A stretch of DNA of 64,000 nt from Chrysomallon squamiferum (taxonomy: Eukaryota > Animalia > Mollusca). The position numbers and the translations under genes are program-made. Under the pieces are notes generated by a model. It saw only the letters and a list, made by a program, of their open reading frames with translations, did not search any database and had not been told where the DNA came from. Below are positions 54,499-64,000 of the stretch, one piece after another (within the stretch, counting starts at the first letter, position 1; every line of letters starts with the position of its first letter). The DNA lies in the NCBI GenBank assembly GCA_012295275.1, contig CM022678.1, positions 10,726,001 to 10,790,000 on the forward strand. Direction: 5' to 3'.

Positions 54499-55345
54499 TA
54501 TAGTGATCGTAAAAAGCATTCTGACGTGTTGAGAAATTTTGTGTAATCTGTGTCATTAAAGTTGTATATGTTTCACACACACAAACACACGACTTACTAC
54601 TTATAGTAATCTGATTATTTTTCTCTAATTAAGTTTTAATTGAGTGATTCCGTTCTTTAAATCAGGTTTCTCTGTAAATAATTTAGTTGTTTTTATTTTA
54701 ATTTGTATTATTACAGAATATGTTTCTAAATTAATAAACTTAAGCTGTTGGTGTGTTATTATCTAACAGATGAGTGTAGTATTACTCCCTGTCATAGTGA
54801 GATAAACAGGCCCTAGACAGCCATAATGAGCGCTTTAGCCATTGGCATCATGACAACAACAATAACAGCAATACAATGTAGTGCGTGTCATATGTGTATG
54901 TATTGTATGTGTCTGTATGGTCATGTGTGTTTATGTATGTGTGTGTAAGTGTGTAACATAAAACATCTTCCTTTTCGCTCGAGTATTTTATTTAATGTGA
55001 TTAATGATATATTTAAGAAAACCCTTATTCCAGCTAGTTTATCACTGAAACTTTAAACAAATATAAATACATAATATAATACTAATACTAATAGTCTCTC
55101 TGACAGAAAATAATAACTTTTACTCACTGAGATTTGTTACAAGTTATAACACACAAACTCACACACACATACACACGTATGTAGAAAAAAGTTTCTTTCT
55201 TTCTTTTCTTAGATGAAAAGCGTCTCTTTATATATTTTATTATTTCTAGTATAGCATTTATACAGACTGAGCGAGATAAGTATAACACCATAAATTACAT
55301 TCAGAAATATTAATATGTGTAGATACTGTCGACTATTGGATCAGG

Positions 55346-55411
<66 letters not shown>

Positions 55412-56001
55412 TAAATAAAATGAAATAAAGCTATTTCATACAGATAAGAGATATATATTTATTATTATTTTATTACTACTGTGTATAGGTGACTAAAATC
55501 ATATATTCACTTTCTATGCTGTTTTTCATTATTATAGTTTATTTATATATCTTACGAAAAGACCTTATACCGCCAGTTCACTATTCAAGTTTAAACAAGA
55601 TACAATTTGGCGGCTAAATGTATTATCTTTCTCTGTCCAACTACAAGCCAGTTGCTATCTCCATTATTACAACATGTGTGATAGGCTCTAACCAGCATTT
55701 TATAACTGAATTCAGTACACAAACCATGTTAAGGTAGTTGTTAATTTTAATCCTGTTTACTTAACCACAAGAATGAAAAAAAGTAACGATTATTTTTTAG
55801 CAGAAGGAACAAAAGTTTTATAGAAAAAACTTCAAAGCTTCTACCCCTTTTTTTACATGAATTGGTATCTTCCACTCAGTAAGTGTCGTCTGTAAATACC
55901 GGGCTTCGCTAATGCGAGAGTAAATTGACATTGCAGACGAAGAAGCGTTCACATTATTTCAGCTGTTAAAATTTTCATTTCTCAAGACTAAGTAAGTCAA
56001 A

Positions 56002-56063
<62 letters not shown>

Positions 56064-56091
56064 TATTCTTCTTCTTCTTCTTCTTCTTCTG

Positions 56092-56122
<31 letters not shown>

Positions 56123-56631
56123 GTGTTCTCAGATATTTTAAAACATTATTGTCAAAGTCAATTCCACGATTACTTTATCGTGCGTGATATGTGATTATCA
56201 GGAAAAGTAGCTCGTCACAAGTAGTGCGAGAAACGATTTCTTTTCTAGTGGTGTGCTAAATTAACTTGCAGCATTCATGGATACTCACATATGTTGAGTT
56301 TGTTGGGGTTTTTGTGATTTTTTCTTTGCTTCATATTATTTATTACAGGCGACTTCGTTTATTATATTCGTATTGTCGCCCGCAATTTACAAAAAAGACT
56401 GACGTCTTCCTTCTCAAATTAAGAGTGACGTCACAAGGTTAAATTTAGCAAGTTCGTAATGCACTTTTATTTTACAAACAAAACTAAATAAATAAATAAA
56501 CAAAGAGTTTTTTTTAGTTTATTTATAATATTGTCAGTGTTGTATTCGCAAGTTTATACATTTAACATTTCATTTATTTATTTGTATATACCATTGGTCG
56601 TATGAATTTAGTGGAATTACTACTACTACTT

Positions 56632-56676
<45 letters not shown>

Positions 56677-56700
56677 ATAATAATAATAATAATAATAATA

Positions 56701-56756
<56 letters not shown>

Positions 56757-56761
56757 CAGAT

Positions 56762-57363
56762 ATGGCAACAGCTTCAAACTGGGATGACAGTATTTCGTGC
56801 TGTCTGTGTCTGGATATTTTCGACAAACCAAGAAGTCTTCAATGTGGACATTCTTTCTGCTCTAAATGCCTGCAGAATTACATCAGCAAAAAATACCATA
56901 ACAAGTGCACACGTATCTCCTGCCCATTCTGCAGACAGAATGTCAACATCCCAGACAGCACGAAACCAGTGGAAACATGGGCAGCACAGTTCTCTATTAA
57001 CAGGTCACTGGTGGACGCCATTAATGATCGGCTACAATCAAAGTCTTATGAGTCAGGTGTGTTTAGGTCGATTACAATAAAATCATTTTAAAAAATACAG
57101 TGAATATTTAACAATAAATATTTATTTATAAACCATAGCAGCATAAAGAAATAGAGGACATTTTATCTCTAACATTTTTCTACTAAGATTTTACATTTAG
57201 TTGATAAAATAAGTTCATTAACACTCCAAATTGTACGCATATCTTTATTAATAGCATTAGCATTAAACCTATTTTTATTTTTATTATTATTATAATTAAT
57301 CATTTATTTATTTATTAATAGTAGTAGTACTAATTACTAATTCTATTATTATTATTATTATTA

Positions 57364-57394
<31 letters not shown>

Positions 57395-58988
57395 AATTAA
57401 TCAATTATTTATTTATTTATTTATTTCAGCTAAAAAGGGAGGCCACATTTCAATTCTGAGTTCTGTTTCTGAGAGTCTCAAATCCTACAAAGAAATTCTT
57501 CAGACAGAGATGAATGATAAGATTGAGCAACTTCACCAAGCCGTCGAGATCAATGTCGTTTACACCGCAGAAGAGGTCAGAAGGATTGGTAACACACACT
57601 AATAACAGATTTCACAGCCGCAGTCCACAAAGAACAAGACAGGTTAATAAGAGAAATAGAAAAATCTCAGAACTTTGTAAACTCAGAAATAGACAAATTG
57701 TTTGGAGAACACAAACATCTGATTGATGAAAATGAAAAGTTTATAAAACTTGGCGAAAATTTGTTAAAAAAAAAATCAGATTCAGATATAAAATTAAATC
57801 TTCCAAAATTCACCAAACTTCAAAACACAACTTCCGAGTTTCTGACAAAATCTCTTTCACAAATAGAAAAAGTAGAATTCAAAATAAATCTGACAAAATC
57901 TGAGAAAAAAGAAAGAAATTTCTGTTTACATTGGAGAAATAATCACAAACATCCAAACAGACACACAGATAAACAGAGTGACAGACACACTGAAACACAC
58001 AGACACCATTAACACAAAAACACAACACACAGACACTATTAACACAAAAACACAACATACAGACACCATTAACACAAAAACACAACACACAGACACACAG
58101 ATAGACAAACAGACATACACCCTCAAACACACAGACACCATTAACACAGAAACGCAACACACAGTCACACAGATAGACAAACAGACAGACACCCTCAAAC
58201 ACACAGACACCATTAACACAGAAACACAAGAAGATGAATTTGATCCTGTTGTGTTTTCCATCCTGGTGTCAGGTGAGGACAACAGTAAAATTGTTGTTAG
58301 TGATAGAAACAATGACTGTGTAAAATGTTTTTGTTTAGAAAGAAAATCACTGATAAACAAACACGTGACTTCCACTCATCCATACGGTCTTGCTGAGTCA
58401 CGTGGTCAGCAGGGTGATGTTGTTGTTGTCGTTGTTCTGCAAAATGAAAGTAAAATATTGTTTTTAAATTTGAAAAACTTCAAACTGATAAAAACAATTA
58501 CAACTGGTAAAAAGTATGAGTTTATCTCTGTGTTACCTGGCAACCGTCTCATGGTCACTGAGTGGTCTAATCAGTGCTTGGACATACTGACAGACAGTGG
58601 TCAGCTCATTAATTCTATCTCAACAGATTTGATTCCCAGTCCGTGCAGTCTCACAGTTCACGATCAATGTCTGATTGTTGTGTCACACAAAGAAAACAGT
58701 TTATTTTGTGTGACGTCATCAGGTGACGTCAAATGGAAGTCACGTGATTCAGACAAACTGAGAAACTTGAGAGGTGTTACATGTGACAGGGAGGGAAATA
58801 TTTTTGTTTGTAGTGAAAATAGAAATTGTGTTGTTCAGTTATTAAGAGATGGTAAGATTACACGTGAGATCCTCACACGCCAGGATGGACTGTACAGTCC
58901 TGTTTGTGTCTGTTGTGATGACAACAAACTCTACGTGGCACAGTTTGATACCAATGACATAAAAATATTTACTTGGTGTAAAAAGTAA
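56762..58988 (+). pseudogene. Paralogous RING - coiled coil - NHL gene, join(56762..57056,57430..58988) with two frameshifts (pseudogene or consensus errors)
   Basis: RING CCLCLDIFDKPRSLQCGHSFCSKC...CPFCR. Relative to copy 1 there is +2 nt in an (AC)n run at ~57591-57599, giving TAA at 57600, and +1 nt in A6 at 57905-57910. The NHL region 57978-58988 is open. Confidence 0.85.
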
Positions 58989-59259
58989 ACTTCAAACTGT
59001 CTGCTAACTAAGTTTCACAGCACTCTTTTGGAGTTGAAAGTCCACAGACATTTCTTTCTTGTAAATAAACAGAAAATCAGTTATTTATTTACTGTAAGGT
59101 AATTAATTTAGTTAATTTGTTTACTTTCTTTATTTTTATTTTAGTGTATGTTATTTATTTATTGTGAATAACTTTATCGTTTGAACTTGTTAAATTACAA
59201 AATAGATTTCACTTTAAAACAAACTGATTTACTTTTAAAATTTTCACCCAGTTTTTCAT

Positions 59260-59355
<96 letters not shown>

Positions 59356-59624
59356 TAAATCTAAACTATAGTTTATTTCAAAAGTAATATTTTCAAATAT
59401 ACTTGTACAATCAAAATCTGTAATAAAATATTTATATGATAATCAATAAAATTGTTCTGTCATTTATTTAATTTAAATTTGAAAAAACTATTTTACATTG
59501 TTTTGTGATCTCTTTGTATAGCTATACCTATGTATTCCTAAATGTAACTGTGTATGTATGTCTGTATAATATAATTAATGAGTATAATATCAGTGTAGAA
59601 CAAAGTAGTTCACTGTTGAGATTT

Positions 59625-59830
59625 ATTATAAATTTATTATTAACAGCTAATACAAATTATTGTTTTGGAGATCCCTAGCATTTTCAACATGTTAAAAAAA
59701 CTCTGTGGCACTTTCCCCGCGGGTCGGGAGAAATGTTTCAACACGTGCAAAAGGTGCGCCGTCGGCCCACGTGTGGGAAAAACGTTTTCAACTTTACATT
59801 TTTTATTCTGCTTGACATATTTTATAAATT
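59625..59830. mobile_element. ~200-bp copy-2-specific insertion, probable MITE fragment
   Basis: Absent at the paralogous site ~36892. GC-richer, with the palindrome ttttcaacatgttaaaa, and ttataaattt at both ends. Confidence 0.45.
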
Positions 59831-61569
59831 TCTCTTTAGACATGAAGTTTAGTTTACTTTCTTATTTATTTATTTTTTTAATCCAAGAACAGAAATAAAC
59901 AAATAAAAGAAAAGAAGAAAACCACATACACACATATACAAACACACACACATAACACACACCACGTACACACACACCACAAACACACATACATACAAAC
60001 ACACACACACACAGACATACACCACATGCACACACATACAAACACACACACATATAAACACACACACATACAAACACACACACATAACACATACACACAC
60101 ACAAACACACACCACATACAGATACACACCCACATACACACCCACACACATACCACATACACACACAAACACACACAAACACACACATTCACACACACAC
60201 CACATACACACACCACATAGACACAAACATACAACCACACACACATTCAAACACGCACCACATACACACACACATACAAACACACACACATACATACATA
60301 CACCACATACACACACATAACACACACCACATACACCAAATACACAACACTTACAAACACACACACATACAAAAACACACACATACACACACTCCACATA
60401 CACACTTACACACCCACATACACACACCCACACGAACACACCCACACGAACACACACCACATGCACACACACAAACATATACACAGACCACATCACACCA
60501 CATACAAACACAAACATACAAACACACACCACATAAACACAGACACACAAACACACGCACATACATCACACCACATAAACACACAAATACAAACACACAC
60601 ATACACACACACCACATACACACATACAAACACACACACACATACACACGGACACACACCATAAAACAGACACACACATACAAACACTCACACACCACAT
60701 ACACATAGACACACATACAACTACTGCTACTACTATTACTATTTCTACCACTACTACTACTATTACTACTATTACATACGCACACACGTGTATTAAACTA
60801 CTGTTTTATTATTCGCTTTTCTTCTTCTTCTTCGACTTATTGTTAATATTATTTTTATCTTTATTATAACTATTATTATTAATATGATTATTACTACTAT
60901 TACTACTACTACTACTATTATTACTACTATTACTACTACTACTACTATTACTACTTCTACTACTACTACTATTACTACTACTACTACTACTACCACTTCT
61001 ACTACTGCCACTATTATTATTATTATTATTATTAATGACATTGTTGTACAGCAATACTGATATCATATAGGAAAAAAAAACACAAAAAAAGAGAAAAAGA
61101 AGAAGAAAAAAATATATATATTCCTAGATAGAGGTGTATACGTAATAGATATTACAGACACAGAAGATATACTTCTATAGACACACACACGCTAATAACG
61201 CATACAGAAGAAAAAACACAAAGTTTACCTACATAGATACAAACAGATATAAAAATAGAATGAATATATAAAACACACACAATGTTTACTTAAATAGGCA
61301 ATAATAGTTTTACACATATAATAGATAAATATAAAGTATACTTATATAGATATATAGACTATCATACAAATATTATGGAGAAAAACATATAAAACACAAC
61401 AAAGTGTACTTCTATAGATACATACACAGTGATGCACATATTGCATATAAAATATAAAAACAAGATAAAACAGAAATAGAAACAAAAACGCACAAAGCAT
61501 GTTACACAGTTACACACACAGTGATACATGTAATGTATGTAACACGCACCAACTATACTTTAATTCTGA

Positions 61570-61848
61570 TTTAAAACCAATAGCAAGTAGACACGCCAGT
61601 TTTGTTAAAAATACAGATGATTTTTGTTATCTAAAATATCTAAAACAAAAATACCACCAAACTCCTTTTTAGTCACCCTGGATACTGATCGTGAAAATGT
61701 AACGAGAGGTGAAATAATTTTCCCAGTAATTTGCAATCGCCGCAGTGTTGACGTTGGTACAATTATGAAGGAGCAATATTTTAACTTAGAGACTACTATG
61801 AAAAATCCACTAACAACACGTCCCGTCATAGCTTACAGAAAAAACATT
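61570..61848 (+). mobile_element. Penelope-like retroelement relic (copy 2)
   Basis: Paralogue of 41598-41875; ORF 61624-61875 reads KIPPNSFLVTLD...RPVIAYRKN. Confidence 0.65.
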
Positions 61849-62081
61849 TTAGTCTCGACGCGATTTTCGGAATAAAACGGGGTTTGTGAGGTCGTGATTG
61901 AACTTACATAATCAGACGTACATAAGACAGAAAATATTCATTGCTTTAATTCACACATATCAAATAGAATTAAGCTGTAGTGTTGGTTTTTTTTTTACCA
62001 TCCCCAAATGCTGTACATAAACACAGTTGGAAATATGACAGTTTTGATATAAGAATTAAGTGTTAGATTGGGAAATAAATT

Positions 62082-62281
62082 NNNNNNNNNNNNNNNNNNN
62101 NNNNNNNNNNNNNNNNNNNNNNNNNNNNNNNNNNNNNNNNNNNNNNNNNNNNNNNNNNNNNNNNNNNNNNNNNNNNNNNNNNNNNNNNNNNNNNNNNNNN
62201 NNNNNNNNNNNNNNNNNNNNNNNNNNNNNNNNNNNNNNNNNNNNNNNNNNNNNNNNNNNNNNNNNNNNNNNNNNNNNNNNN
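62082..62281. other. Assembly gap (200 N)
   Basis: Run of N. Confidence 1.
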
Positions 62282-62955
62282 AATATCTTAAAGAATTACA
62301 AAGATAGTAAAATTGTATTTTAATATTATAATGTTTTGTTTTCTATCAATATCAGCTCTGAATATCTGAATGGAATAATTCTTTTTTCTTAGAGAATTTA
62401 TTCCTCTTTTATAAATACATCAACTGATTTATATCATATCAGTGCAAAGCACATTATTTTTCTTGAAAAGATAATTTAAATAGATCATGAAATGTACCAC
62501 ATATAAATAAATCCAAATGCTGTCAGTATATTCTCACAAGTAAATGTGCCATTGTTTCTCTTTATTTTTGGGATATTAGAAAAAATAAAGCACGATCAGT
62601 TAAGAATCACACAGATACAAGATATGCATCACATGATTGATGCTAGTACACCTAACAGTGCTTGGTGGGAGTGACTGATTGACACGGATCACCCACTTCT
62701 AATGTGGTCTTTCAAATCCTGTTTTAAATAAAAATGACTTCCACAATGAAGAGAATTCTGTGGATTTGTATCTAAAGGAATTCTGTTATATCTGAAGTCC
62801 ATAGAATCGTGGTTTCCTTAATTTCAGTATTCCCAAAATAACACCAACATTCTTTTGTCACTTTTCTTCTAGGATTAATCACCTATAATTTTATGTTGTA
62901 AGCTTGAAGTGTATCTATGCTTTTTATAACTTTAGTAAAAATATGATTTTCACAG

Positions 62956-63488
62956 ATCTGTGGTAATTGGAGCCAAATCAAGAAAAGAGAGAAGAAAAAG
63001 GCAGATCATTCTGCTTGAAGGACATAGACTCATTGCAGATGCTATCAGGTCCGGAGCAAATGCTAAATGCATATACTTCAGTCAGATTGACATTCTAAAC
63101 AGACTGCCTCTTGATCTGATTGATGCTGCTCTCTATAAGGTTCATTATCAACACATGAAGCTTTGGTCTGATGTTGAAACGCCACCTGGTATTATGGGTA
63201 TGGTTTGCGTCACATTCCAGGCATAAATATTACACTCGTGTGGTAATGATTCTGTTAAACTTAAATTTGAATTTCTTTTATATCTTATCTGAATCAGAAA
63301 TAACACATTCAATTTAATCCATTTTTGTTTTTTAAAACCCTTTTTATCTTTTTTAATGTTGTCTAGTCTAAATGTTTATTAGACAAGATCAGACAATGTT
63401 TATAAATAGATGACTGACTAGAAGCTGATATATTTATTTTGTTAAATTAATATAAATGTAATCCAGTTATTTTAGGCCATTTAATTTC

Positions 63489-63520
<32 letters not shown>

Positions 63521-64000
63521 GTTTTATAATAGGAATATTTGAAATGCCAAAGAAGGATCTATAAGTATACCAGAGAATGCTTTACCAGTAACTGTGATCT
63601 GTGATAACATTCGTGATCCTGGTAACATGGGGACACTCATTAGAACAGCTGCAGCAGTTAGTTGTCAAAGATCCTTACTACTAAAGGTTTGTCACAATAC
63701 TGAAGCACGACTTAAGAAAGATGCTTTTTAATTTTAATTTTTGATTTATTTAAACAAGACTGCAAAGTTGCTTGACTTGTTTGTTTTTTGCTGTTAATTT
63801 CAGGATGTGTGGATGTCTGGGATCCTAAAGTTCTTCGAGCAGGAATGGGCAGTCACTTCCACATACCAATTTTCAGTGTCTTCATGGGATCAGTTGATCA
63901 ATTCCATGTCCAGTGACATGGGTGATTCTAGCTGTCACACAGATTACAATATTCAGAGAAGAGACCAGCAGATAGTGGATTCAGATTTGCTACTATCTTC
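62956..64000 (+). CDS. MRM3: rRNA methyltransferase 3, mitochondrial (SpoU/TrmH SPOUT family), internal exons 62956-63197, 63533-63686, 63804->64000
   Basis: ILLEGHRLIADAIRSGA...WSDVETPPGIMG | ...TVICDNIRDPGNMGTLIRTAAA...TTKG | CVDVWDPKVLRAGMGSHFHIPI. AG/GT junctions are in phase 1. Several small frameshifting indels occur in the last two exons. Confidence 0.9.

Noticed and set aside
62060-62323. ORFs spanning the N run
   Set aside because: Assembly-gap artefact.

Overview
AT-rich, microsatellite-dense, intron-containing animal DNA. It is probably molluscan or lophotrochozoan, inferred from the repeat motifs and gene style. Nearly all ORFs in the supplied track are simple-repeat artefacts. 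All protein identifications are from manual translation and recalled family sequences; no database search was run. Real content: (1) 1-10450 and 14500-21930 on the - strand, and 22534-26650 on the + strand (duplicated at 46000-49930), are chains of co-oriented, splice-site-bounded exon relics taken from unrelated genes. Recognisable donors are EGFR (TM/juxtamembrane/kinase start), RI-type LRR, MCC, CAMSAP/Patronin and a cbEGF-repeat gene; several others are unidentified. Most carry stops or frameshifts. The chains radiate from two hubs (about 10.4-11.3 kb and 21.9-22.6 kb) that share a ~130-bp splice-donor-bearing module. (2) A tandem segmental duplication of about 19 kb and 16 kb (about 23140-42070 vs 45780-62045). 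Each copy carries a RING + coiled-coil + NHL (TRIM-NHL-like) gene with no B-box; copy 1 is intact and copy 2 has two frameshifts. (3) Relics of Gypsy, L1/Tx1-like and Penelope-like elements, and a hAT-type MITE. (4) After a 200-N gap, three exons of the mitochondrial rRNA methyltransferase MRM3/RNMTL1. The most unusual signal is the divergent 'exon-mosaic' architecture.
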